Assembly (NCBI GenBank): GCA_963676395.1
Contig: OY781066.1
Span: 2,176,001 to 2,240,000 of the forward strand
Length of the DNA: 64,000 nt
Direction of reading: 5' to 3'
From: a bacterium
GTDB taxonomy: Bacteria; Fidelibacterota; Fidelibacteria; Fidelibacterales; Fidelibacteraceae
The notes under the pieces: generated by a model
What the model saw: the letters and a program-made list of their open reading frames with translations, nothing else
Databases searched by the model: none
Told to the model about the DNA's origin: nothing
Shown here: one piece after another, positions 50,791-60,256 of the stretch
Numbering within the stretch: position 1 is the stretch's first letter
How the letters are laid out: each line of letters opens with the position of its first letter
Made by a program: the position numbers and the translations under genes

Positions 50791-51278
50791 GAGGGTTCTC
50801 CGTCATCCTGAAATCCGCCGAATCCGTCGGCTGACGGAGAGGGAGGAGAGTTCAGGATCTTAAAAGCATTATTTACGGTAATGTAGGGGCGACTCGCGAG
50901 TCGGCTGTACGCTGTCAATATTATACCTAAAAGTGTAGAAAATGAGGACGTGGCACAATGATGTGTTTTAGTCCCAAATATTGGTTTGATGAATGTAAAG
51001 AGGAATAGCAGATGGAAATACACAATAGCTCTATCCTTTACCGTGTTAACGGTCGTGGAGTGGTTGATCCAAGACTGATCGTATGTGCGTGTTTCCATCA
51101 TAGTTTTCAATGCATTTGTTTCAAATACTGTAGAACTTAATTCTAAAATGCCTCATTTCAAACATAAATAGGAGGAAAGTCGATGAGGTCGATGAAGGTT
51201 GATAAATGCGTTGAATTGCAGAATTATTCAACAGTGGAATCGTTGGGTCGTTCGGACTATGAATACGTTTATTCATAC

Positions 51279-51311
51279 AAAAAAGCCTCAGATATTACAC
51301 TGAGGCCTTTT
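51279..51311 (-). terminator. Terminator (possibly bidirectional)
   Basis: aaaaaa-gcctcag-N8-ctgaggc-ctttt. Confidence 0.75.
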
Positions 51312-51332
51312 ATTATTTGAGTTGCAATTATA

Positions 51333-51812
51333 TTAATAATTATCAGGATTATCTTTATTTAAATATGTGCTTAATTGATAAGAAAAATTCATCATGTGTT
51401 CATTAATTTCATCAATATAAACTTTTTGTTTTGGCACATGTTTATTGTAACCATCTAAAAACATTACATAGTTGTCAAATCTTAGATCAACATCATGATC
51501 TTTGATTGTAACTTTTAAATTAAATCTGGTAGGTGCTTCGGCCCCTAGGTTTACCATTGGGTAACAACTGACTTTGCCATGTACGGAAATTTTACCATTT
51601 TCCTTGTCGGTATAGGCGATTTCAGTACCATAAGAATTTACTAAATTATCACTGATCCATTCAAGAGTTTCTTGATAGATCACCTCTTGATCTTTATGAC
51701 TGACTTTAAATGAGCTGTTGTAGCAGCGATTTTCAGAGTCAACAACCTGGATTATTCCACAACTGAACATAAAAACGGCAACAAGCAGTAGTACAAATAC
51801 ATTTTTCTTCAT
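51333..51812 (-). CDS. Lipoprotein, DUF4468-like
   Basis: Lipobox MFSC; IY..TLEWI...IAYTDKENGKI...F.LKV.IKD pattern. Confidence 0.65.
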   Translation of the reverse strand: MKKNVFVLLLVAVFMFSCGIIQVVDSENRCYNSSFKVSHKDQEVIYQETLEWISDNLVNSYGTEIAYTDKENGKISVHGKVSCYPMVNLGAEAPTRFNLKVTIKDHDVDLRFDNYVMFLDGYNKHVPKQKVYIDEINEHMMNFSYQLSTYLNKDNPDNY

Positions 51813-52040
51813 AGTTATCTCCTTGATTAGTAAAGTAATAAGAACGGCACTAAAATAAAAATATTACGAATATTGTGCAAGATAAAAATTATGAAATAGG
51901 TATATAGGTAGATATAAAAAGGTACTCAATTATATTTAATTTCAATTGTCCGCGGTGTTTTTTGAGTTACTTGCTAAATGTTAGCGGTAATAATTTAGGT
52001 AGATTTTCCGTTTCACTGAGGAAAAGCGGAGAGGAGGGGA

Positions 52041-52282
52041 GACCTAGGATCGGCGATGTGAACATTACAGAAGTGACAATTCTAGGCGCAAACATCCCCT
52101 AATACCATAAAGGTGGCAGTCTGATTCAACCAACATTCTTCTTTATTGGGACAGTGGGCTTCGTCGCAAACGGTATGTAAACGATGGTGGCTTAGGACCG
52201 ATTGAACGCTTCGGCATTCGGTGCCGCCGGACAGCTTGATCTTCAGCCAATCAGGTTTGCGTACTTCCATCATTCTTTTCAA
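52041..52282 (-). pseudogene. lipA: Lipoyl synthase 5' fragment with an in-frame amber stop
   Basis: RKPDWLKIKL, LHTVCDEAHCPNKEECW, TATFMVLGDVCA*NCHFCNV; homology ends near 52043. Confidence 0.88.
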
Positions 52283-52516
52283 TTGTGTCGTTTCAATTAC
52301 AATGTGAAAAGTAATGATTTATTGAGGGGTTTCAAATACAAATCGGCGTAAAAGTAAGGAGTAAGGAGACTTAATTGTTAATTACAGTACATTAATTGAA
52401 TAAAAAATACTTTTGATATTCATATTTAGATTGTAAAATAGGCTATCGAATAAATTATTATGTATATACAGGCGAAAATCTGTAGCTGAAAGAATGTTTT
52501 TGGGATTATGTGTTGA

Positions 52517-52636
52517 ATGCTGACAATCAGAAACTTACATCGCTCATTTGGTGGCAGAAAAGTAATTTCAGGGCTTGATATAGACTTGGAACCAGAAAAA
52601 TCAAATTCAATGGTGAGCGTTGATAGTGAATATTAA
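52517..52636 (+). pseudogene. 5' fragment of a LivG-like ABC ATPase gene
   Basis: MLTIRNLHRSFGGRKVISGLDIDLEPEK, 20/28 identical to the start of ORF 62215; ends before Walker A. Confidence 0.75.
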
Positions 52637-52660
52637 AACGATTAAAATACGTGGTTATAT

Positions 52661-53515
52661 ATGGAAACAATAACTATTACAGATTGGAATGAGTTTAAAA
52701 AATTGGTCTCTGATACCGAAATGACAAGTTGGATTTTCAGGGGACAAGCTATTTCGGATTGGCCAATATTAAGCTCTTTATCAAGATATTTTAATAAATT
52801 TGAAGTGCATACAGATTGTTGGCCTCATCAAGAGGAAAGATTATTAAGAATCTTTAAAAGAAAAGCTCACCATTATTTAGACAATGTTCCTACAGAAAAA
52901 GATACATTCGAGTGGCTTTCTTTGATGCAGCATTTTGGTACTCCTACTCGACTTGTTGATTTCACATTTTCACCATATGTTGCAGCTTTTTTTGCCTTAC
53001 ATAAAACGCAAGAAGATTGTGCGGTTTGGGCACTTTTCCCACCAAAATTTGATGGAGAATCAGAAATATTACTTCAAAATGGTGATAAATTTATTCCTAA
53101 AGATCGGTGGTTAAGAAAAAATGAAAATTATATTGATTATTATCTTAAAGGTGATAAATCATTTTTAATTATGGGCGAACCGGAAAGAATGAATCAAAGA
53201 CTAATTGCCCAAGCAGGCACATTTATTGTCCCAAGTAAAATTGACATACCCCTCGAAAAAATAATTATTGATAATTATCAAAATTCGGATGATGCAATTA
53301 AAAAAATAATTATAAAAAAATCTGTTAGAGATAAAGCTATGAAAGATTTATACAGATCAAATATTACAGAAGCTACCCTGTTTCCTGGAATAGATGGAAT
53401 GGCAAGAGCTTTATCATATGAATTAGAACATCATTGGGCTTATAATCCAAAAACAATGGAAAAGGTTGTAGGCTTTGATAGCCCTCCTTTTGGGTTGCCT
53501 GATTCAATCATATAG
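52661..53515 (+). CDS. FRG domain protein
   Basis: IFRGQ, MQHFGTPTRLVDFT.SPYVAAFFA, NQRLIAQAGTF, LFPGIDG. Confidence 0.92.
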   Translation: METITITDWNEFKKLVSDTEMTSWIFRGQAISDWPILSSLSRYFNKFEVHTDCWPHQEERLLRIFKRKAHHYLDNVPTEKDTFEWLSLMQHFGTPTRLVDFTFSPYVAAFFALHKTQEDCAVWALFPPKFDGESEILLQNGDKFIPKDRWLRKNENYIDYYLKGDKSFLIMGEPERMNQRLIAQAGTFIVPSKIDIPLEKIIIDNYQNSDDAIKKIIIKKSVRDKAMKDLYRSNITEATLFPGIDGMARALSYELEHHWAYNPKTMEKVVGFDSPPFGLPDSII

Positions 53516-53615
53516 CTAAGTAATTTGCTATCAATTATGGGTGTTTTTATAATTAGAACTAAATTTGGAATAAATATATTTTAGGAAAATATAATAAATA
53601 GGTATATAATTAATC

Positions 53616-54563
53616 ATGTCTATTATACTCGAGATAAATAATCTGGAAGTATCTTTTAAAAATAAAGATACAACAGTCTATGCCGTAAATAATGTATCAT
53701 TTTCTGTTGTTAGAAAAGAAGTACTCGGCATAGTAGGAGAATCAGGTTGTGGGAAATCTGTCACTTGTAAAACAATTTTAGGACTAAACAATCACCCGGA
53801 ACAAAGTGGAGAGGTTTTATTCCATGGGAAAAATATTTTGGAAGTTTCTGAAAAGGAGTTAAATAATATTCGTGGAAAAGAAATTTCCATGATTTTTCAA
53901 AATTCCGGGAATGCTCTGAATCCGATGGTAAGCATTGGGAAACAAATGGTTGAAGTGATACGCTTACATCAGGGACTAGACAAAATCGATGCTCAAAAAG
54001 AAGCGATACGGTTTTTAAAAGAAATGGATGTGCCTGATGCTGAAGAAAAAATGAACGAGTATCCGCATCAACAAAGCGGAGGAATAAACCAACGGATCGT
54101 TATTGCGATTGCATTAAGTTGTCATCCTGGATTATTGATTGCAGATGAACCAACAGCATCCTTGGATGTCACTATTCGAAACCAAATACTCCAGATTTTT
54201 AAAGATCTCAAAAAGAAACTAAGTATTATCATTGTTTCTCATGATTTGGCAGTTATTAAAGAAATCGCGGATAGAATCATTGTTATGTACAAGGGAATGA
54301 TCATGGAAGAAGGGAAAACGGAAGATATGTTCAAGAATCCATTACATCCCTACACAAAGGCTCTTTTAGCTTCCATTCCTTTTTTGAACAGAGATAAGAT
54401 CATTCTAAAGGGGGAGCCCCCTTCATCTCAAATTAAACCACAAGGTTGTCCTTTTGCAACAAGATGTCCTGATGTGATAGGTGAAATTTGTCATACAAAA
54501 AGGCCCAGTGAAACCATACTTGCAAATAAAGTTTATTGTCATCTTTTTAACAATAAACAATAA
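53616..54563 (+). CDS. Opp/Dpp-type ABC transporter ATPase (OppD-like)
   Basis: GESGCGKS, YPHQQSGG, IADEPT, HPYT, C-terminal CPFATRC..C..CH. Confidence 0.9.
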   Translation: MSIILEINNLEVSFKNKDTTVYAVNNVSFSVVRKEVLGIVGESGCGKSVTCKTILGLNNHPEQSGEVLFHGKNILEVSEKELNNIRGKEISMIFQNSGNALNPMVSIGKQMVEVIRLHQGLDKIDAQKEAIRFLKEMDVPDAEEKMNEYPHQQSGGINQRIVIAIALSCHPGLLIADEPTASLDVTIRNQILQIFKDLKKKLSIIIVSHDLAVIKEIADRIIVMYKGMIMEEGKTEDMFKNPLHPYTKALLASIPFLNRDKIILKGEPPSSQIKPQGCPFATRCPDVIGEICHTKRPSETILANKVYCHLFNNKQ

Positions 54564-54579
54564 AGAAGCGAGGAGAATT

Positions 54580-56169
54580 ATGAAAACTGTAAATATTAAA
54601 CATTGGATTATACTTATTCTGGGATTAGCTCTATTATTTTCTTGCAGTAAAAACAACGAGCAGGAAGATGAATTGATTCTAAAAGATGTCTGGAAACTAG
54701 AACAGGCACAGATAAATTCCTTCGATCCCCTGGATGCTTATCATGCTTATCATATCCAATTGGTAAAACAATTATTTAATACGCTAACGAATCTAGATAA
54801 TACTGGAAAGATCATTTCATCTTTGGCAACTTCATGGGAAACCGATAATGGGAAAGACTGGATTTTTCATTTAAGAGATGATGTATGGTTTATAAATGAT
54901 TCCTGCTTTTCAAAAAAAGAAGATCGAAAATTCAATGCAAAAGATGTCAAATATACTTTTGAAAGACTTTTAGATCCTTCTTCAAGTTCCCTCGGTATAT
55001 CCTATTTTACTAATATTGCGGGTGTGAAAGAATACAGGGATGGTTCTTCCGCATCAATTAAGGGAATTAATCCCGTTGATAAGAATACAATTTCCTTTAA
55101 CTTAGTTCAAACGGATTATAATTTTCCAAATTTACTATCATTGCCATATTGCAGTATTGTAAAAAAAACGGCGATAGAACGAACGGACAGTAAACAGCAC
55201 CCTGTTGGAACAGGTCCTTTTATATTGGAGAAATATATTTCCAATCAATCTGTATCATTAATAAAAAATCCTGATTACTGGGAAAAATCCGGTAAAACCT
55301 CTTTGCCAATTGTTGATAAAGTAGAAATTACTTTAACGACAGATGACAACTACTCGTTTTTATTGTTTAAAAATAAAAAAACCGATTTTCTTGAATTGAA
55401 TCTTCCTTTGATCAAGCAACTTGAAAACAGCACCTTTTCATTTGATTATCAGAAAAATGTGCTGGAATCGGCTCAATTGAATTTTTACCTATTTAATTTG
55501 GATAAAATCCAGGATCCGACAATCAGAAAAGGAATTAGTTATACTATTGATCGGGGAAAAATGCAGGCATTGCTGGGAGATAATGGTACAATTACTTCAT
55601 CATTATACCCGAAAATATTTAGCAATATTTCTCAGCCACAACAAATACTCGCATATGACTTAATAAAAGCAAAGGAAATGCTTACTCAACCTATGCATAT
55701 AAAGCTTGTGTCATTTGATGATATGCTGTCCCGAAGTCTTGCCAATCAAATCAGGGAAGATTTGAAACCTTTTTCCATTGATGTGGAAATTGAAGCCGTT
55801 CCATTTGCTGTTTTGGTTGATCGTCTGACTTCAGGCAATTATGATATGATACAACTATTTTGGGGAATGTTGTATGCGGATGTCAATCATTTTCTTACAC
55901 CGTTCAAAACGTCTTCATTCCCGCCGGTAGGAAATAATTTCAATAAGTATTCCAACGATCAGTTTGATAATACTATCAATAAAGCGCCTCAGATGCCCAA
56001 AGAACAACAAGCAGAACTTTATAAAAAAGCCGAAGCAATAATTTTGGACGATATGCCATTTATATTAACTTATTATAAAAATATGATCAGTTTATCGGAT
56101 AAAAAATATGTTCTTCCTATAAATCCTTTGCTTTATAAGTATTATAAAGATGCTGTCCCTTTTGAATAA
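54580..56169 (+). CDS. Family 5 ABC substrate-binding lipoprotein
   Basis: ATG 54580 after AGGAG; lipobox LFSC; SFDP, LATSW, FHLRDDV.F, A.DVKYTFER, PVGTGPF, KNPDYW. Confidence 0.9.
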   Translation: MKTVNIKHWIILILGLALLFSCSKNNEQEDELILKDVWKLEQAQINSFDPLDAYHAYHIQLVKQLFNTLTNLDNTGKIISSLATSWETDNGKDWIFHLRDDVWFINDSCFSKKEDRKFNAKDVKYTFERLLDPSSSSLGISYFTNIAGVKEYRDGSSASIKGINPVDKNTISFNLVQTDYNFPNLLSLPYCSIVKKTAIERTDSKQHPVGTGPFILEKYISNQSVSLIKNPDYWEKSGKTSLPIVDKVEITLTTDDNYSFLLFKNKKTDFLELNLPLIKQLENSTFSFDYQKNVLESAQLNFYLFNLDKIQDPTIRKGISYTIDRGKMQALLGDNGTITSSLYPKIFSNISQPQQILAYDLIKAKEMLTQPMHIKLVSFDDMLSRSLANQIREDLKPFSIDVEIEAVPFAVLVDRLTSGNYDMIQLFWGMLYADVNHFLTPFKTSSFPPVGNNFNKYSNDQFDNTINKAPQMPKEQQAELYKKAEAIILDDMPFILTYYKNMISLSDKKYVLPINPLLYKYYKDAVPFE

Positions 56170-57029
56170 TGAAACGTTATAATCTAATATACCGCATTCT
56201 TTTCCTTTTATTGACGGTCTTGGTGATTCCTTTGTTACCAATCATTATTATCTTTTTAGGAACAAATTCTCCCGAATATGTGATCAAGGGAACCTTGAAT
56301 ATGAGTGTTTCGCCGGGAGTATCTCCTTGGAATCTGTATTTGGAAGCATTGAAAAACCTTCTTACATTCAATTTGGGGACATCCATTTCTTCCGGCCAAT
56401 CAGTTATAAATGAAATAGGTGCGGGATTGGGTCAATCTTTTAAGATTATTATACCGGCGCTGGTATTGAGCTACCTTCTGGGAACATTGATTGGTATTTT
56501 GAGAAAAGGTAAAAGCCCAATTACAGGAAAGCGGTATGATTTTATCTTTTACATTCCGATGATCGTTTTCTCCTATTTCTTTCTGTTCTTATCCGACAAA
56601 TTGGGAATTGATTTTACGTCCGGTATAAGATATGTGTATGCGGTTATTATCTTATCGATTTATCCGGTTTTTATCGTTTATAAATCATTTATTTCCCGAT
56701 ACCATACGATCATTGAAAGTGATTTTTACCAATTTCATTTGTCCACGGGTGTAGGTAAATCTAATATTTTTAAAAATTTTCTTGTAAAATATTTCGGAAT
56801 CGAATACCTTTCATTCTTAGAAAATCTTGTTATATATATGTTCGGGTTTATTTATTTTGTTGAATCCCCCTTTGCTATTAATGGTATGGGCTATAAATTT
56901 GTTTTGGGCATTCAACGATTTGATTACCCGCTGATCATTGGCTTCTGTATTGTGAGTATTATTTTTTTTTCTGTGATCAATATTATTATTGGATATATTC
57001 AATCAAAAATCGATCCTAGAAGGACATGA
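56169..57029 (+). CDS. ABC transporter permease (OppB-like, divergent)
   Basis: FNLGTS, VESPFAINGMG, RFDYPLI; multiple TM segments. Confidence 0.8.
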   Translation: MKRYNLIYRILFLLLTVLVIPLLPIIIIFLGTNSPEYVIKGTLNMSVSPGVSPWNLYLEALKNLLTFNLGTSISSGQSVINEIGAGLGQSFKIIIPALVLSYLLGTLIGILRKGKSPITGKRYDFIFYIPMIVFSYFFLFLSDKLGIDFTSGIRYVYAVIILSIYPVFIVYKSFISRYHTIIESDFYQFHLSTGVGKSNIFKNFLVKYFGIEYLSFLENLVIYMFGFIYFVESPFAINGMGYKFVLGIQRFDYPLIIGFCIVSIIFFSVINIIIGYIQSKIDPRRT

Positions 57030-57802
57030 AAATTAAAAAACAGACATGGCTTTTATCCTTTCTATTGATAATCATCATTATTATTACTTGCCATAATATT
57101 TTTCTTTCACCTTCTAAACAAACAACGTTATTAATATCTCCCAACTGGAATCATTGGTTTGGGACGGATATTAACGGAAATGATGTTTTTATAAGGACGT
57201 TGGGAGCATTTGGGTATGAACTGCTTAATTTGGTAAGTGTTCTTTTCCTTGTATGGATTTTGGGACTATTATTGGGAAGTTTGGTATCCCAGATCGGAGG
57301 TCAGGCTTTTAAAGCTTTTTTCTTGAATCTTGTTCATTACATGGCCACATTACCCGTATTACTGATTGCATTATTTTTGCTGATACTTTTTGGAGGTGGC
57401 TTTTTTAATGCTGTTATTATTCTTTCAATTACGATTATTCCGACACAAATACTTTTTGTGTACAATCAACTGGAAACAGCTCAAAATGAAAGCTTTGTTG
57501 TTGCTAAAAAGAGCTATGGATTATCTAATACCGCAATTTATAAATCTCATTTAATTCCTTTTATTTTAAAAAAATATAATAGTTATACTTTATCCCGCAT
57601 CCCAGAAATCATTATGATGAATCTCGCTTTAAATTTTTTAGGATTAGGGATTCAAGAACCTCATCCAAGTTTAGGACGGATGCTATTTGATGGTTTGTCT
57701 TTTATGTTTTCTGCGTGGTGGTTGTGGATATCTCCCGTTATATTAATATTTTTATTATTCCTGATTGTAATTAGTATTAATCATGGTAAAGCTTATGATT
57801 GA
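57026..57802 (+). CDS. ABC transporter permease (OppC-like)
   Basis: HWFGTDING.DV, H.IP, LNFLGLG..P.PSLGRML. Confidence 0.85.
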   Translation: MKIKKQTWLLSFLLIIIIIITCHNIFLSPSKQTTLLISPNWNHWFGTDINGNDVFIRTLGAFGYELLNLVSVLFLVWILGLLLGSLVSQIGGQAFKAFFLNLVHYMATLPVLLIALFLLILFGGGFFNAVIILSITIIPTQILFVYNQLETAQNESFVVAKKSYGLSNTAIYKSHLIPFILKKYNSYTLSRIPEIIMMNLALNFLGLGIQEPHPSLGRMLFDGLSFMFSAWWLWISPVILIFLLFLIVISINHGKAYD

Positions 57803-58781
57803 CATTACATCTATTCAAAATAAATTGTTAAATGATATTAAATCCTCCTATGGAAAAAATAAATTAATACCATTTACAGGTGCAGGTTTTTCTAAAAATA
57901 TTATAGGTTATCCAAGCTGGAAAGAATTTATCGAAATAATATCTGATGATATCTCAGGAAACATAGAACATATTAAAGAGATGTTTGATAATAATTATCT
58001 TCAATCTATAGAATATTATATGATGAGTTTTCTTATAAATGAAAATCTTGCGGACGACCCAAAAAGTAAAGATCTTGGAAAAGAACAACTTTCAAAAAAA
58101 TTGAAAGAGATTTTTTGTAAAGAATTTGACCAGTCAACATGGGAAGCACAAATAGCTTTAATCAGTTTAAAGAATTTTGATTTAATATATACTACAAATT
58201 GGGATAATACCTTGGAAATTACTTGCAGGGAAATACTTGGTGAAGATAGATATAGGGTGTACTATAGAGCTTCACAATTAGAAAATATTAAAGAGGACTA
58301 TTGCAACATATTAGAACATAAAAAAGAAAATAGAAAAAAACTGATAATAAAATTACATGGTGATATTAAAGATTATGATTCAATAGTAGCATCAGAAGAT
58401 GCTTATTATAGTAGAATGAATTCATTTAATGCTTTCGATATTGTATTTCAAAATGATATACTTTTGAATGATTTTTTATTTATGGGGTTTAGTTTTGACG
58501 ATGCCAATATTAATTATTTACTTCAACAAATTCGATCTATGAAGAAAGAAATTAAACCTTCCAATAACAAAGTATATCTTATATCAATTAAAAAACCAGA
58601 TATCGCATATTATAAACTATATGAGAAATATAAAAACGTAGATGTATATTATTTGTTTAATAATATGCTAGAATATGAAATGTATGATAAATCTTGTGAT
58701 GAAGAAAAGAATAGAATAATAAAAAATAAAACAATAGAATTCTTCGATTATATTTCAGATGGAGAATTAAAAGAAAAGTAA
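57783..58781 (+). CDS. SIR2-like (SIR2_2-type) protein
   Basis: LIPFTGAGFS, PSW, YTTNWD, IIKLHGD, FLFMGFSFDD.NI. Alternative start 57795. Confidence 0.9.
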   Translation: MVKLMIDITSIQNKLLNDIKSSYGKNKLIPFTGAGFSKNIIGYPSWKEFIEIISDDISGNIEHIKEMFDNNYLQSIEYYMMSFLINENLADDPKSKDLGKEQLSKKLKEIFCKEFDQSTWEAQIALISLKNFDLIYTTNWDNTLEITCREILGEDRYRVYYRASQLENIKEDYCNILEHKKENRKKLIIKLHGDIKDYDSIVASEDAYYSRMNSFNAFDIVFQNDILLNDFLFMGFSFDDANINYLLQQIRSMKKEIKPSNNKVYLISIKKPDIAYYKLYEKYKNVDVYYLFNNMLEYEMYDKSCDEEKNRIIKNKTIEFFDYISDGELKEK

Positions 58782-58805
58782 ACTAATGTATTAAGAGGTA
58801 TTCAG

Positions 58806-59861
58806 ATGGCTATAGGATTTTCAGGTAGTAATGGAGGTATTACAAATATATACAATCAATATCTTAATAAAATATGCACATCAAAACAATCGCTCGAAGT
58901 CTCATATTTTATTAACAATCGTTGTAACTTAAATTGTAAACACTGTTATGTCGGATATTATGATTCCTCAAAAAATCTTCAGATAGATGAATGGAGTAAA
59001 ACATTTGACAGCCTCATAAAAATGGGTGCTAAAACATTTGGAAATGTTGGGAAAGAGCCTTTACTGGATTGGGATAGTACAAAAATGTTGCTTCAATATT
59101 TTAAAGCCAAGAGAGATGAAGACAAAACTATACGTTTTGGGTTTGTCAGTAATGGATTGCTTCTAAATGAAGAAATTATTCAAGAATTGACCCAAATAGA
59201 GCCTGATTATATAGATATCAGTCTTGATGGCGACCAACATAGTCATGATTCTATCCGGGGAGAGGGTACTTATCAAAAACTTCTAACCAATCTTACTCTA
59301 TTGGCAGAAACGAACTTGGCAAAAAAGGTATTTATCAGTTTTACATTGAATAATATCAATAAACATTCATTGCCGGAAGTTATTAAAACCATTTATCAAA
59401 TCGGCTTGAAAAATTTGTTGATTTCACCTTATGTCACATTGAATAAAAAAGATCTGCTGTATCTATCAGATGTCGAAATTGCCGATATTATTTCCGATAT
59501 TCTGCATGAGAATACAATATCATTTAAAAATTATGAACATTTGAATATCTACGTAAAAAGTGATTATTCTTCTTCAAAGGGAGTCATGGAGAAATTTAAA
59601 GACAGAGGTATTATAAATAAAAATGATTTATTAGTAGATAATTATGGTGTTGTTTTTAATAAATATCAATTTGGTACAAATCATATTTATTTCAATTATT
59701 TACCTTATGACAATACCTTCACACAAGCCATTAGGATCAGTCATGACGGTTATGTAAGCGGTTGTCTTGAAATGTTCCATGAAGATTATCCTGAACGGGC
59801 TATTGGGAATATCAGGGAAATGGATATTTCAAAAATATTGGCAAATTATAATAAAAATTAA
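58806..59861 (+). CDS. Radical SAM protein with reduced twitch/SPASM-like tail
   Basis: CNLNCKHCY, GKEPLL, SNG, ISLDG..HDSIRG.GTY, ISHDGYVSGC...IGNI. Confidence 0.9.
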   Translation: MAIGFSGSNGGITNIYNQYLNKICTSKQSLEVSYFINNRCNLNCKHCYVGYYDSSKNLQIDEWSKTFDSLIKMGAKTFGNVGKEPLLDWDSTKMLLQYFKAKRDEDKTIRFGFVSNGLLLNEEIIQELTQIEPDYIDISLDGDQHSHDSIRGEGTYQKLLTNLTLLAETNLAKKVFISFTLNNINKHSLPEVIKTIYQIGLKNLLISPYVTLNKKDLLYLSDVEIADIISDILHENTISFKNYEHLNIYVKSDYSSSKGVMEKFKDRGIINKNDLLVDNYGVVFNKYQFGTNHIYFNYLPYDNTFTQAIRISHDGYVSGCLEMFHEDYPERAIGNIREMDISKILANYNKN

Positions 59862-60256
59862 TATTTGTCTTGCATTGTTATCTTATACAGATCATTAGTA
59901 AAACTCTTCAATAAATTTTAATGTACTCAACTTTATGGAGTACATAAGATTAACATTTCTCAATGGAACAATTATATTTCTGCTCGTTTAAATTGACTAA
60001 ACAATGAGTTGTATATGAATCCCAAAGTATCAGCCTTCTCCTAACGATAAACGATAAACGATAAATGATGAACACCTGCCAGCCGAAGTCCGTTAACTAA
60101 CGGATGAAGGCATAAATAGTGACGCGTTACGCGTGACGAGTAACAGGCTCCCAACCTTTCTACTATTTCCTTGCAAATCAGGCAATTAAGCCGCAAATTA
60201 GTTCAAGCAAATAAATAAGTTTAATCATTGGATCAAGGCATATTGTCTATGTGTAA

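Noticed and set aside
50833..50848. Second tRNA-Ser-like end (gacggagagggagg)
   Set aside because: Explained as part of the nested palindrome inside the tcctgaa/ttcagga hairpin.
50787..51110. 107-aa ORF upstream of rpe
   Set aside because: Runs through REP and hairpin repeats, with no family features.
52082..52084. Amber recoding (pyrrolysine or alternative code) in lipA
   Set aside because: The frame loses homology a few codons later, and TAG terminates normal genes here (pgsA, cinA).
58806..59861. Prokaryotic viperin
   Set aside because: Lacks the viperin-like NYH..CNY.C.FCF and KINF.GGEP patterns; has a twitch-like tail instead.
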